Assembly: GCA_031276035.1 (NCBI GenBank)
Contig: JAISNV010000033.1
Location: 4,057 to 68,056, forward strand
Length of the DNA stretch: 64,000 bases
Direction: 5' to 3'
From: Bacteroidales bacterium
GTDB lineage: Bacteria; Bacteroidota; Bacteroidia; Bacteroidales; BM520
The notes beneath the pieces were generated by a model. The model worked only from the letters and a program-made list of their open reading frames with translations. It did not search any database and had not been told where the DNA came from. Numbering within the stretch: position 1 is the first letter of the stretch; each line of letters opens with the position of its first letter. Positions 1 through 10,763 of the stretch are shown one piece after another. Both the position numbers and the translations under genes were made by a program.

Positions 1-3000
1 TTGATTTAATGGTAATACTTTTATTTTCCACATATATTCTATCATCAACCGGATTCGGATATATAATAAGTTTTGAACTATTATTATAATCGTCGATTGA
101 TTGGAAATCCAATATTTCCAGCACATTACCAAAATCAGGAATGCCATACCCATAAGCAATATCATGATTAGGATATCTATTCGCAGATTGTTCGACAGCA
201 GCAAGAATTTCAGGCGGAGCAATATTCGAAGCAGCGCCTATAATACATGCCACCATTCCGCAAGTAATCGGGCTTGAAAAAGAAGTACCGGAAGCATAGC
301 CGATATTACCGCCTGATGAAATTACAGACGCATACGACCCGCAGGCAACAACATTAGGTTTAAGATCGCCGGCACCATTAGGTCCGATAGAGCTAAATGA
401 AGCGATTTGTCCGCTAGCATTAACCGCTCCAAGGGTAAGTACTTCAGGCACATCGGAAGGGGTTCCAACCCAAGGCCAGCTTGTTCCATTGGAGTTACCG
501 GCACTGATAGTAACAAAAATACCACGTTCCACAGCCATTTTTGCAGCTATAGAACTAACAGCGGTTTTACCATCCATTTCGGAATACTGATGATCCATGG
601 AAGGATCGTCATAAGTATTGTAACTCAATGAAGAATTAATAATATCTACACCCAGGCTATCTGCCATTTCGGCTCCAATCATCCAGAAATATTCTTCTAT
701 CAAATATTCTGTAGGAGCATCTTCAGTCCTGATTAACGCATAAGAAGCGTTTGGAGCAGTACCAACATAACTTCCATCAATATATCCGCCCATACATGAT
801 AAAACAGAGGTGCCATGATTATGAATTCCAGTTTCATAGACGTTTCTACCGGGTTCAACAACATCAATAGCTAATAATATTTTTTCAGAATCAAATAAAT
901 GAGTAAACCCATCTATAACATCCACATGTTCAAATCCAGAATCCAAAACAGCTATCAATACTCCTTCAGCAGTAAAGCCTTGTTCATGGACAGTAATACC
1001 ATTTAATTGATTAATTTGAGCAAAAGCAGAACCATAATTATAATTCTCATCTATATTCAAAATAGATTCTATAGTTTTTACATTTTCCCATTTCGGATGA
1101 ATATCATGCTTAATACATTTACCTTCCGCAGGCTTTACATAAACTATTTTTTCTACAAAATCCAAATTACCAATAGCTTCAATCATTTCATCCTCAGCAT
1201 AAACAAGAACACTATTAGACCAACGACTGGAAGACCTAACATAAGCACCGGTAGTTTCAACTTCCGATATATAATTCGGATTAACCGGAAAATCATTTTC
1301 AGTTAGAGCAATTCCGAATTTATTACGTCTGTCGATTGCTCGTTGAGATAAATATTTTAAGGGTTCATTAATAGTATATGGAGAGTTATTTTTATCTTTA
1401 AAATGAACGGCATATTGAGGAGCATGTAAAGGAGGATCCGGCAACTCAATTCCACAATAATTTAGAAAAGTATAAAATTCTCCTGCAGATGGAGCAACGT
1501 CAGATTCATATATTATCGGGCCGTCTTCGTATTTAACCACAAACGAACATTCATCATCATGCCACAATCCCGCATGCCAAGAAAGAGCAATATTTGTATT
1601 AACAGGGGCCTCGACCGGAATTTCAGCAAAATATCCATCATCAAAAGTAATATACTCTACATAATCATTGTCAAAAAACATAATAATAGCAGCACCATTC
1701 CATCCGTCACCATATTCATCAGTAAGTTCAAAAATAATATTGCACTTATCACTATAAACAAAATTGCAATAGCTTATCTTTCCATCTGAATCAGTAAGAG
1801 TTAAGGTGAAAGGAATACTAATTGCTCCCGAAGGAGCCGAATTGCTAATACTAACATTAAATTCAGCTTGTTTTACCTGAGAAACAAGAACATCATCCAT
1901 ATTAAAAGTATTGGAATTTATTGTAACATAGGTTGAATTTGAAGACAATACGGCAACAATATTATTAGCTGCCTCATTACCATTATTAATAATATCAACC
2001 AAAATATCTGCAGTTTCACCCGGATCAAACATATTATTGGAATTTCCGGAATAGTCAAGTATTTCAAAAGATTGATATTGCAAATGATGTCCGTATGTAT
2101 TAACAAAAAAGACACAATATATATCATTATCGTCAAATGAAGCTGTTATGCAAAATTTAATACTTGTATTGGCTATGGCATTTTCGCTTAATGTAAAAGT
2201 AAAGGCATTGGTAATAGTTTTAGTTTCATTAGGCAAAAAATTTCCAAATTCAACAAGATTATCAATAATATTAATGTCTTCATTATCTGTTGAAAGTGTT
2301 GCATTAACATTAGTTAATGCTTCCGATGTTTTATTTTTTGCAGTAATATTTAATGTTACAGTTTCACCAGCATTTAATTTACCGTCATTATTTCCCTGCA
2401 AATCGTTAATTTCGACATTTGTTATTTCAATTACATTCATTGAAATAACTGTTTCCAAAGCAGCCGCGAAATCAGGAATACCATATCCGTATGCAATATC
2501 ATGGTTAGGATATCTATTACCGGTTTCATCAACAATATCACGTAAAACTGTCGGATGAATATAAGGATTAGCCTGGATTAGGCAGGCGTACATTCCACAT
2601 GTTATCGGACTTGAGAATGAGGTACCCGAAGCACTGCTGATATTTCCGTTATTTGCATTATAAACAGTAGCATTATTACCTTCCGCCAGGGTATTTGGTT
2701 TAGGAACCCCTGCCCCATTAGGTCCTATCGAACTAAAATATGTGATTTCGCCTGAACTATTTACAGCACCAATAGTTGCCGCATATACAGCATCCGCCGG
2801 AGATGCAACCCAAGGCCAAGTAGTACCATTAGAATTCCCTGCACTTAATGTAACAAAAATACCTTTTTCAACAGCTAACTTTGCGGCGTAAGAAGCTACT
2901 GCAGTTTCTCCATCCATTGATGAATATGTATAATCCATTGAAGAATCATTAAAAGTAGAATAACTTAATGACGAATTTATAATATCAGCGCCAATACTAT

Positions 3001-3850
3001 CCGCAGCTTCTGCACCAACTACCCAATTATAACATTCAATAAGATATTCCGTATTTGTATCTTCTGTTCTAATAAGAGCGTAAGAAGCTTTGGGAGCCGT
3101 TCCAACAAATTGATTGTCGGAACTTGCAGACATACATGATAAAACATTTGTTCCGTGAGCACTAATACTCGATGAATAAATATTTCCATTCGGAATAACT
3201 ACGTCCAAATCAAAAACCAATCTATTTTCAGTAATAATATTACTAAATACATTTAAAGAATTAACATTTCTAAATCCACCATCCAAAACAGCAATCAATA
3301 CTCCATCTCCCGTAAACCCATTCTCATGAACAGGAATACCGTTTATCTGATTAATCTGATTATATCCGGCGCCATAACTATACTCCTCATTAATACTTTT
3401 TGAATCAATCGGCTTTAGCACTTCCTCCATATCAAATTTGTTTGAAAAATTGAATTGCAGATCCCCTTCAAGAGATTTGCCACCATACGACTCCGGACTT
3501 ACATAAATAATTTCACTAACAAAGGATAATTGTTCTATTTGATTAATAGCAGTTTCCGAACAAGAGATCAAAGCACAATTAAGCCATCTACTTGTAAACG
3601 GAACTTCAGCTCCAAGGTTCTTTAATTGTTGAACATATTGAGGATTTACAGGCAAATCTTGCTCATTAATAGTTACTTGGTGTCTATTTCGTCTATCAAT
3701 AGACCTTTGTGATAAAAATTCCTCGGGATTATCAATATTATAGGGAGAATTGCTTTTATCAGCGAAATATACAGCATATTTTTGAGCTGATAAATCAAAA
3801 AAAATTGAAAATAAGAGGATGAACAAAGAAAAATTCAAAAATTTTTTCAT
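1..3850 (-). CDS. Partial secreted protein (C-terminus off-window, more than 1283 aa) with two complete tandem subtilisin-like (peptidase S8) units, intervening beta-rich modules and the start of a T9SS C-terminal sorting domain
   Basis: The ATG is at 3848-3850 and encodes the signal peptide MKKFLNFSLFILLFSIFFDLSAQ. The frame stays open to the window edge, so the ORF track does not list it. Triad 1: D 3281-3283 (VLIAVLDGGF), H 3155-3157 (SAHGTNV), S 2618-2620 (SGTSFSSP). Triad 2: D 941-943 (VLIAVLDSGF), H 815-817 (NHGTSV), S 281-283 (SGTSFSSP). The last residues, LIIYPNPVDDRIYVENKSITIKS, look like the start of a T9SS CTD. Confidence 0.85.
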   Translation of the reverse strand, partial: MKKFLNFSLFILLFSIFFDLSAQKYAVYFADKSNSPYNIDNPEEFLSQRSIDRRNRHQVTINEQDLPVNPQYVQQLKNLGAEVPFTSRWLNCALISCSETAINQIEQLSFVSEIIYVSPESYGGKSLEGDLQFNFSNKFDMEEVLKPIDSKSINEEYSYGAGYNQINQINGIPVHENGFTGDGVLIAVLDGGFRNVNSLNVFSNIITENRLVFDLDVVIPNGNIYSSSISAHGTNVLSCMSASSDNQFVGTAPKASYALIRTEDTNTEYLIECYNWVVGAEAADSIGADIINSSLSYSTFNDSSMDYTYSSMDGETAVASYAAKLAVEKGIFVTLSAGNSNGTTWPWVASPADAVYAATIGAVNSSGEITYFSSIGPNGAGVPKPNTLAEGNNATVYNANNGNISSASGTSFSSPITCGMYACLIQANPYIHPTVLRDIVDETGNRYPNHDIAYGYGIPDFAAALETVISMNVIEITNVEINDLQGNNDGKLNAGETVTLNITAKNKTSEALTNVNATLSTDNEDINIIDNLVEFGNFLPNETKTITNAFTFTLSENAIANTSIKFCITASFDDNDIYCVFFVNTYGHHLQYQSFEILDYSGNSNNMFDPGETADILVDIINNGNEAANNIVAVLSSNSTYVTINSNTFNMDDVLVSQVKQAEFNVSISNSAPSGAISIPFTLTLTDSDGKISYCNFVYSDKCNIIFELTDEYGDGWNGAAIIMFFDNDYVEYITFDDGYFAEIPVEAPVNTNIALSWHAGLWHDDECSFVVKYEDGPIIYESDVAPSAGEFYTFLNYCGIELPDPPLHAPQYAVHFKDKNNSPYTINEPLKYLSQRAIDRRNKFGIALTENDFPVNPNYISEVETTGAYVRSSSRWSNSVLVYAEDEMIEAIGNLDFVEKIVYVKPAEGKCIKHDIHPKWENVKTIESILNIDENYNYGSAFAQINQLNGITVHEQGFTAEGVLIAVLDSGFEHVDVIDGFTHLFDSEKILLAIDVVEPGRNVYETGIHNHGTSVLSCMGGYIDGSYVGTAPNASYALIRTEDAPTEYLIEEYFWMIGAEMADSLGVDIINSSLSYNTYDDPSMDHQYSEMDGKTAVSSIAAKMAVERGIFVTISAGNSNGTSWPWVGTPSDVPEVLTLGAVNASGQIASFSSIGPNGAGDLKPNVVACGSYASVISSGGNIGYASGTSFSSPITCGMVACIIGAASNIAPPEILAAVEQSANRYPNHDIAYGYGIPDFGNVLEILDFQSIDDYNNSSKLIIYPNPVDDRIYVENKSITIKS

Positions 3851-3977
3851 ATAAAAATCAAATTAAATACACATCTAAAGGATTATAATACAATTATTTA
3901 AGCATTATCATAAAATTATCTGATTGACAAATTTAATAAGATAATTAGCAAAATTAATGTATTTTTTCAAAATTGTT

Positions 3978-3985
3978 TATATTTG
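3978..3985 (+). promoter_or_regulatory. Bacteroidetes -7 promoter box for the M16 peptidase gene
   Basis: TATATTTG matches TAnnTTTG and lies about 48 nt upstream of the ATG at 4033. Confidence 0.45.
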
Positions 3986-4032
3986 CACTATATTTTTACA
4001 ATATTTATTCATTACATTAGAAATTAAACAAA

Positions 4033-6720
4033 ATGAGGAAGAATTATTCTTTTAAAATTCAGTATGAAAAATATCGGTTAAAAAACGGTTTGCAAGTCAT
4101 ACTTCATCAAGATAGATCTACACACACAGTAGCTCTTGCCACATTATATCATGTAGGCTCTGCCAAAGAAAAAGTTGGGAAAACAGGGTTTGCCCATCTA
4201 TTTGAACATCTGATGTTTCAAGGATCCGAGAATTTAAAACCTAATGAATTTTTTACTAAGATTAATGATTTAGGCGGAAGTTTTAACGGTGGAACATGGG
4301 AAGATGGTACTATTTATTACGAAATTGTTCCCAATGATTCTTTAGAGAAGGTTTTATGGATGGAAGCCGATAGAATGGGATATTTTATTAATACCGTAAC
4401 ACAGCGGGGTTTATACAGAGAACTGGATATTGTCATAAACGAAAAGCGACAAGTAATTGACAATAAACCATATGGATACACTAATTCTTTAATAAAGAAA
4501 ACTTTATATCCCAAAGGACATCCTTATCACAGCACCGTTATAGGTGAAGTTGAAGATTTAAAGTCAATTACCTTAGATGACATTAAAGAATTCTACAAAA
4601 AATATTATTCACCTAATAATGCTACGTTGGCTATCTGCGGCAACATCGACATAGAAAAAACAAAAACGTTAGTTGAAAAATATTTCGGAGAAATAAGAAA
4701 GCCAAGAATAGCAAAAGATGTTGTCAAAGAAGATTTAACAGCAAAACTTGATAAAAGTTTAAGTTTATACTATGAAGATAAATTCATTAGCATGCCGGAA
4801 CTCCGCGTTGTTTTTCCCGGTGCGAAACTTTATTCTAAAGATGCTTATGCCTTAGATATTCTATGCGATTTAATAGGTGACGGAAAAAGTTCACCTCTAT
4901 ACAAAGAGATAGTATTAAAAGAAAATTTTGCACCTAGCGTAACCATAAACAATCATTTAAGAGAACATGCCGGTGAAATAATTTTCAAAGTTCGTGCTTA
5001 TAGTGATATTCCTCTACAAAAGATTTTTAATTCCATTAATAAAACCATTAATGATTTTGAAAATAATAAAATTAATGACGAAGATATTGCAACAGCTAAG
5101 AATTTAGCAGAAGCAAGATATTATGACGGATTATCTTCCAATCTATATAAAGCTATAAGTCTTGCGGAATCAACCACTTTCGGCGGTTCTCCAAAAATGA
5201 TATATAAAGAATTACAAATGATAAAATCCGTAACAAAAGATGATATTATTAATGTTTATAATAAATACTTTAAAAATAAAAATTATATTGCTACTTGTTT
5301 TGTTCCATTAGGAAAACAGAATCTTGTTCTTGATAATTCTGTTAAGGCAGATATAACTGATTCCCCTATTGAAGAACCGATATCGAAAAAAACAAGCCAT
5401 AAAAACCCTGAACATATTATAAAAAAAACACCTTCAAGAATTGATCGTTCCGCTGAACCGAGATTATCTACACTTCATACATTAAAATTACCAAAAGTAT
5501 GGAGCGTTTATACACGAAATGGTATAAATGTTATGGGAATCGAAGATCAACGTTTACCTATTGTTTATTTCTCAATTGTTATTAAGGCCGGCACTCTCGA
5601 TGATGATATTAACAAACCCGGTATCGCAAATTTAACGACAAGATTGCTTAGAGAAAGTACATCAAAAATGAATTCTGAAGAATTAGAGAGAGCAATACGA
5701 GGAATCGGAGCTAATTTAGTATTTATTGCCAGAAAGGAATGGTGTGTTTTATCAGGGAAATGTGTTAGCAGACATTTTAACAAATTGTTATCAATAGCAG
5801 AAGATATAATCACCAAACCATCATGGAATGAAGATGATTTTAAAAGAATTAAAAGAGACATTATATCAAACTTAAGGCAAGACCAATATAATCCTAATAA
5901 AATCGCATATAATAAATTTTATGAAACAATCTACGGCAACAATCCTATTGCTCTCCCAAACGAAGGTACAATTGAGTCTATTGAGAAAATAGAATTAAAA
6001 GATCTGCAAGAATACTATTCCAAATATTTCTCCCCTACTATAAGTGATTTTATAATAAGCGGTAATATTAAACGGGATACGGTACTTGATTTTATACATG
6101 GATTGGAAAATAATTGGAAACCAATTCAAGTAGATAAAATTTCAAAAGCCATTTATAGCCCTAAAAAACATGATAAAACAATTTATATTAACAATCCGAA
6201 TGCCGAACAGGCAGTACTTTATTTCGGTGAAAAATCTCTTACACGTTTAGATGAAGACTATATTCCTGCAACATTAATAAATTATAAATTAGGTGAAGGC
6301 ACATCAAGCGAATTATTCAAAATATTAAGACTGGAACACGGCTACACTTACGGAATCTACTCCGAATTTGCAGGAAATAAAACTTTCGGAACTTTCATCG
6401 GATGTTCAAATATTAATAACGCCGTAATAGACGAAGCAGTTTCAATTGTCAAGAGAATAATATCCAATTATTCAAAAAATTATACTGCCAAAGATTTAAA
6501 AGACAGCAAAAATGCAATTATCAGAAAATTGAATAGCAGTTATGATACATTAGTTGCTTACCATTCCTTACTAACTGAAATTTCAACATACGAACTGCCT
6601 TTTAACTTTGTTGAGAAAGACATTGCAACTATTAAAAGTGTTACACATAAACAAGCCATAACCCTAATAAAAAAATATTTGAATATAGAAGACATGTTAT
6701 TCTTAATACTAAAAAAATAA
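4033..6720 (+). CDS. Insulinase-family (peptidase M16) zinc metalloprotease, double-length two-unit form
   Basis: The inverted zinc motif HxxEH is present (GFAHLFEHLMFQGSEN), with a downstream EVxxNE-type Glu region (LDIVINEKR). The second half is M16-like but has no HxxEH. Confidence 0.9.
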   Translation: MRKNYSFKIQYEKYRLKNGLQVILHQDRSTHTVALATLYHVGSAKEKVGKTGFAHLFEHLMFQGSENLKPNEFFTKINDLGGSFNGGTWEDGTIYYEIVPNDSLEKVLWMEADRMGYFINTVTQRGLYRELDIVINEKRQVIDNKPYGYTNSLIKKTLYPKGHPYHSTVIGEVEDLKSITLDDIKEFYKKYYSPNNATLAICGNIDIEKTKTLVEKYFGEIRKPRIAKDVVKEDLTAKLDKSLSLYYEDKFISMPELRVVFPGAKLYSKDAYALDILCDLIGDGKSSPLYKEIVLKENFAPSVTINNHLREHAGEIIFKVRAYSDIPLQKIFNSINKTINDFENNKINDEDIATAKNLAEARYYDGLSSNLYKAISLAESTTFGGSPKMIYKELQMIKSVTKDDIINVYNKYFKNKNYIATCFVPLGKQNLVLDNSVKADITDSPIEEPISKKTSHKNPEHIIKKTPSRIDRSAEPRLSTLHTLKLPKVWSVYTRNGINVMGIEDQRLPIVYFSIVIKAGTLDDDINKPGIANLTTRLLRESTSKMNSEELERAIRGIGANLVFIARKEWCVLSGKCVSRHFNKLLSIAEDIITKPSWNEDDFKRIKRDIISNLRQDQYNPNKIAYNKFYETIYGNNPIALPNEGTIESIEKIELKDLQEYYSKYFSPTISDFIISGNIKRDTVLDFIHGLENNWKPIQVDKISKAIYSPKKHDKTIYINNPNAEQAVLYFGEKSLTRLDEDYIPATLINYKLGEGTSSELFKILRLEHGYTYGIYSEFAGNKTFGTFIGCSNINNAVIDEAVSIVKRIISNYSKNYTAKDLKDSKNAIIRKLNSSYDTLVAYHSLLTEISTYELPFNFVEKDIATIKSVTHKQAITLIKKYLNIEDMLFLILKK

Positions 6721-6742
6721 GTTAGTAATTTCAATTTTGATT

Positions 6743-6785
6743 ATCCATAGAATTATTTTTATATAATTTTATGGATATTTTTTTG
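6743..6785 (+). terminator. Rho-independent terminator after the M16 gene
   Basis: The hairpin is ATCCATAGAATTAT / ATAATTTTATGGAT (14 bp, one G-T pair, 6-nt loop), followed by a T run. Confidence 0.6.
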
Positions 6786-6804
6786 TGCATTATAACATAT
6801 TTTA

Positions 6805-6812
6805 TATCTTTG
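6805..6812 (+). promoter_or_regulatory. -7 promoter box for typA
   Basis: TATCTTTG lies 28 nt upstream of the ATG at 6841. Confidence 0.5.
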
Positions 6813-6840
6813 CAAACCGAAATTTAAGAAATAAATTTTT

Positions 6841-8652
6841 ATGCAAAATATTGTAAATGTTGCTATTATCGCACACGTTGATCATGGGAAAACAACTTTA
6901 GTTGACAGGATGCTACATCAAGCAAAACTTTTTAGAGTAAATCAAGAGGTGAAAGACCTAATTCTTGATAATAATGATTTGGAACGTGAACGAGGAATTA
7001 CGATATTGTCGAAAAATGTTTCGGTAAGATATAATGATATAAAAATAAACATCATAGATACTCCCGGTCATAGTGACTTCGGTGGTGAAGTTGAAAGAAT
7101 TTTAAATATGGCAGATGGCGTTCTATTAGTAGTAGATGCTTTTGAAGGTCCGATGCCGCAAACACGGTTCGTTTTGCAAAAAGCTATCGAACTTAATCTA
7201 AAACCAATATTAGTAATTAATAAGGTTGATAAACCTAATTGTAAGCCCGATGAAGTTCAGGAAGCTGTATTTGACTTAATGTTTAATCTTGGTGCCTCGG
7301 AAGAACAATTGGATTTTGATACTGTTTACGGCTCGGCAAAACATGGCTGGATGGGACCGGATTATAAAAACCCGACTTCCGATATTGCATATTTAATGGA
7401 TTCAATCATTAAAAACATTCAACCCAAACCCATACAAGAAGGAAATCTTCAGCTTATGATATCATCACTTGATTATTCTTCATACTTGGGACGAATTGCT
7501 GTAGGAAGATTGAACCGCGGTACAATATGTATGGGACAAGATGTTTCTCTGGTAAAAAGAGACGGCAGTATTGTGAAATCAAAAATAAAAGAACTTTATG
7601 TTTTTGAAGGTTTGGCTAAAGAAAAGATAAAAACGCCTATTGAAGGTGGTGAAATATGTGCATTACTAGGTCCCGAAGGTTTTGACATAGGAGATACTAT
7701 TGCGGATATTGATAACCCGGAACCTTTGAAACCGATCAAGGTGGATGAACCGACTATGAGCATGCTCTTTACAATAAATAATTCACCGTTTTACGGAAGA
7801 GACGGCAAGTATGTAACCTCTCGTAATTTAAGAGAACGTTTGTATAAAGAAGCTGAAAAAAATCTTGCTTTAAGAATTGAAGAGACAAATTCACCCGATT
7901 CATATATTGTATATGGAAGAGGTGTTTTACACTTATCAATTCTTATTGAAACTATGAGACGTGAGGGTTTTGAATTACAAGTCGGTCAGCCTAAGGTTGT
8001 TACCAAGGAAATAGACGGGTCACTATGTGAACCTATTGAGGAGTTGACGATTTTAGTTCCTGAAGATTTTTCCGGAAAAGTTATTGAGCAGGTCACACAA
8101 CGAAAAGGCGAGATTGTTGGCATTGAAACTAAAAACGATAGAATACAATTGGATTTTCATATTCCTTCGAGAGGAATTATAGGATTAAGGAACAATGTTT
8201 TAACCGTTTCCGAAGGAGAAGCAATAATGTCACATCGTTTTAATAGTTTTGAACCTTGGAAAGGTGATATAGGAATAAAACATACAGGTGCAATAATTGC
8301 CAAAGATACCGGCACCGCAATCGCTTATTCCATAAACAAACTTCAAGACAGAGGCAGCTTCTTTATTGAACCGAATGATGATGTTTACGAAGGACAGGTA
8401 ATAGGAGTTCATAGTCATTCTACCGACATTGTTTGTAATGTAACAGTTACAAAAAAGTTGACCAATATGCGGGCTTCCGGTTCCGATGAAAAAACGCACA
8501 TTGCACCGGCAATAAAGATGTCGCTCGAAGAATATATGGAATACATTGGTAATGACGAATATTTGGAGATTACGCCAAAACATTTACGTATAAGAAAGAT
8601 TATTCTTGATCCTAATGAAAGAAAACGGGATGCAATAAAGAATAATAATTAA
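6841..8652 (+). CDS. typA: Translational GTPase TypA/BipA
   Basis: The N-terminus [20 protein letters not shown] (G1) and [14 protein letters not shown] (G3) are present, NKVD is the G4 motif, and the EF-G-like domain order is kept. Length is 603 aa. Confidence 0.95.
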   Translation: MQNIVNVAIIAHVDHGKTTLVDRMLHQAKLFRVNQEVKDLILDNNDLERERGITILSKNVSVRYNDIKINIIDTPGHSDFGGEVERILNMADGVLLVVDAFEGPMPQTRFVLQKAIELNLKPILVINKVDKPNCKPDEVQEAVFDLMFNLGASEEQLDFDTVYGSAKHGWMGPDYKNPTSDIAYLMDSIIKNIQPKPIQEGNLQLMISSLDYSSYLGRIAVGRLNRGTICMGQDVSLVKRDGSIVKSKIKELYVFEGLAKEKIKTPIEGGEICALLGPEGFDIGDTIADIDNPEPLKPIKVDEPTMSMLFTINNSPFYGRDGKYVTSRNLRERLYKEAEKNLALRIEETNSPDSYIVYGRGVLHLSILIETMRREGFELQVGQPKVVTKEIDGSLCEPIEELTILVPEDFSGKVIEQVTQRKGEIVGIETKNDRIQLDFHIPSRGIIGLRNNVLTVSEGEAIMSHRFNSFEPWKGDIGIKHTGAIIAKDTGTAIAYSINKLQDRGSFFIEPNDDVYEGQVIGVHSHSTDIVCNVTVTKKLTNMRASGSDEKTHIAPAIKMSLEEYMEYIGNDEYLEITPKHLRIRKIILDPNERKRDAIKNNN

Positions 8653-8708
8653 ACCGGAATCTCTGTGATAAGCTATTGAAAAGTATAAAATAAAAAAGAA
8701 TTTAGGTC

Positions 8709-9527
8709 TTAACTTTTAATTCTTTTAATCATTTCACGAACAATTTTTTCCATTCTGTTTGCTTCCTTATCGGCTTGGTAAAGAACATCGGCACCGTCGT
8801 TTAAAACGGATGCATCTTCCATTGCAGCTGCATTTGTAATCATAGACATGCCAAAAACTTTCATGCCGCAATGGCGAGCCACAATGACTTCAGGAACTGT
8901 TGACATTCCGACAGCATCAGCACCGACAGTACGGAAGAAGTTAACTTCGGCAATTGTTTCAAACGAAGGACCGGTAACTCCTATATAAACTCCTTGTTTC
9001 AAATCAATACTCTCTCCTCTTGCAACTTCCAATGCTATATTACGCAATTCCTTATCATAGGGAACAGTCATGTCAGGAAATCTCTCACCAAATTCATCAA
9101 GGTTTTTACCTATAAGCGGATTTTGCGTCATACAAATATGATCATTTATAAGCATTATATCTCCTACTCCGAAATTTTTATTAATTCCGCCGGCTGCATT
9201 TGTAACAAACAGATATTTAACTCCAAGAAGTGAAAAAACTCGGACAGGATAAGTAACAACAGTCATCGGATAGCCTTCATAAAAATGAAATCTTCCTTGC
9301 ATAATAACAACATTTACGCCATGAATTTGTCCGAAAATCAAATTCCCTTTGTGCCCAGGAGCTGTTGAAACAGGAAATTCCGGTATATCAGCATAAGGAA
9401 TAACAACCGGATTATCAATATTTTCGCCCAAGCTGTGCAAGCCACTACCAAGAATAATGGCAATATGAGGTTGATAATTTATTTTTGATTTAATGTAGTC
9501 AACAGATTTTTGATATTTGTTATTCAT
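8709..9527 (-). CDS. Purine nucleoside phosphorylase (trimeric PNP/PunA-type, inosine/guanosine family)
   Basis: AIILGSGL, the GRFHFYEG motif, GPSFETIAE, and VGMSTVPEV followed by GMSMITN are all typical of the PNP-I family. Confidence 0.88.
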   Translation of the reverse strand: MNNKYQKSVDYIKSKINYQPHIAIILGSGLHSLGENIDNPVVIPYADIPEFPVSTAPGHKGNLIFGQIHGVNVVIMQGRFHFYEGYPMTVVTYPVRVFSLLGVKYLFVTNAAGGINKNFGVGDIMLINDHICMTQNPLIGKNLDEFGERFPDMTVPYDKELRNIALEVARGESIDLKQGVYIGVTGPSFETIAEVNFFRTVGADAVGMSTVPEVIVARHCGMKVFGMSMITNAAAMEDASVLNDGADVLYQADKEANRMEKIVREMIKRIKS

Positions 9528-9532
9528 AACAA

Positions 9533-10684
9533 TTATTTTTTGTTTTTAATCGGGTTAGCATAAATATTTAGAAAAATTTCTTTCAGTTCATCAAGAGCAA
9601 AATCTTTTCGGCCATAAAATCCCTTTTCCAAAATGTCATTAAATCCTTTATTCATATAATTAATAAAATCTTCCTTTTCACTTAATGAATAATATTCGAA
9701 ATAAGTATCCGAATTATTTATTATATCGTGAGCAATATAATTATTCTTCCATAATTTAAAATTAGCATGTATTCTTTCATCAATAAGGTTTGCTATAAAC
9801 CTGTATTTGTCATTCTTCGTATAACTGTCGGCTTCAACTATTTCGGTTTCGGTAAGTGGTTTAGCAAAAGCAAAATGGATTTTTCCTTTATTCTGTGTTA
9901 GACCTGCAAGAATACTGTTTAAATCTTCATCTTCATGTTTTTCGTACGGACCGCGCCTCGTCAAATATAATTCGAAAGTTTTTAAAAAATCACAAGGTTC
10001 ATATTCATAAGAAACAGCGCAGGGAGTAATATTCAGTTCGAGAAGGTCTTTAACAAAATCTCCGGAACTACTCATATTGAACATTTTAATTACGCCTTGA
10101 TCGGTTTTATCATCTCCATCCTTTGTTCTGCCGTTTCGTTGCGCAATCCATACCGATTGATTCATCTTGGTAATCTGATATCTAATATAACGAGACATTT
10201 TGGAAGAACGATTCCAAAACTCTTTCATATCTTTACCTCTATATGCAATAAAAAGTTTATTGGATTTTGCAATAATCCGAATCATTTCAGACATTAATAA
10301 ATTATCTCCGAAAGTTATGCCGGTTGTATTAAATTTATTTTGAACTAAAATAATCTGCAAAATTCCCGTATCTAAAACTATATCTCTGTGATTACTAATA
10401 AATAAATTAGCTTTTGAATGATCCAAATATTTTATACCGTCGCTGCTTAAACCGGTAGAAGTTTTGCTCATCAGTTGCATAACAACAGGAAACATCACTC
10501 GTCGCTGCATTTGATCGATAGTTTTTATCTGAAGAACTATGTTTTTAATTTTTTCTGCGGGATGATGCGGAAAAACGTATTTAAAAACCTCATAAAGATT
10601 TTTATCCTCAGCTAATTTTTGCATCGCTTCAGGTATTTCTTCATCGAAATACGGTCTAATATCATCAAAATTAATATCTTCCAT
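9533..10684 (-). CDS. Putative glycerolipid/lysophospholipid acyltransferase (PlsC/PlsB-like)
   Basis: ISNHRDIVLD is a motif-I-like block and WIAQRNGRTKDGDD is a motif-III-like block. The start was moved from 10705 to the MEDINF ATG at 10684 because the -7 box (10703-10710) overlaps the longer ORF. The stop lies 5 nt from the PNP start, so the two are probably co-transcribed. Confidence 0.6.
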   Translation of the reverse strand: MEDINFDDIRPYFDEEIPEAMQKLAEDKNLYEVFKYVFPHHPAEKIKNIVLQIKTIDQMQRRVMFPVVMQLMSKTSTGLSSDGIKYLDHSKANLFISNHRDIVLDTGILQIILVQNKFNTTGITFGDNLLMSEMIRIIAKSNKLFIAYRGKDMKEFWNRSSKMSRYIRYQITKMNQSVWIAQRNGRTKDGDDKTDQGVIKMFNMSSSGDFVKDLLELNITPCAVSYEYEPCDFLKTFELYLTRRGPYEKHEDEDLNSILAGLTQNKGKIHFAFAKPLTETEIVEADSYTKNDKYRFIANLIDERIHANFKLWKNNYIAHDIINNSDTYFEYYSLSEKEDFINYMNKGFNDILEKGFYGRKDFALDELKEIFLNIYANPIKNKK

Positions 10685-10702
10685 ACAATCAAATATCAAT
10701 TG

Positions 10703-10710
10703 CAAATATA
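10703..10710 (-). promoter_or_regulatory. -7 promoter box for the acyltransferase-PNP operon
   Basis: The reverse complement is TATATTTG, 19 nt upstream of the ATG at 10684. Confidence 0.45.
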
Positions 10711-10722
10711 GTTGAAATTTAC

Positions 10723-10730
10723 TAATTTTG
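10723..10730 (+). promoter_or_regulatory. -7 promoter box for gpsA
   Basis: TAATTTTG lies 33 nt upstream of the ATG at 10764. Confidence 0.45.
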
Positions 10731-10763
10731 CAATTTATATTTATCCCGTTTATAATCTAAATT

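Noticed and set aside
407-2558. Plus-strand ORFs of 74-136 aa (407-631, 1007-1306, 1559-1789, 2148-2558) and short minus-strand ORFs (322-525, 1918-2136).
   Set aside because: They lie antisense to, or out of frame within, the continuous S8 protease reading frame. Their low-complexity I/N/F-rich translations are typical of shadow ORFs in AT-rich DNA.
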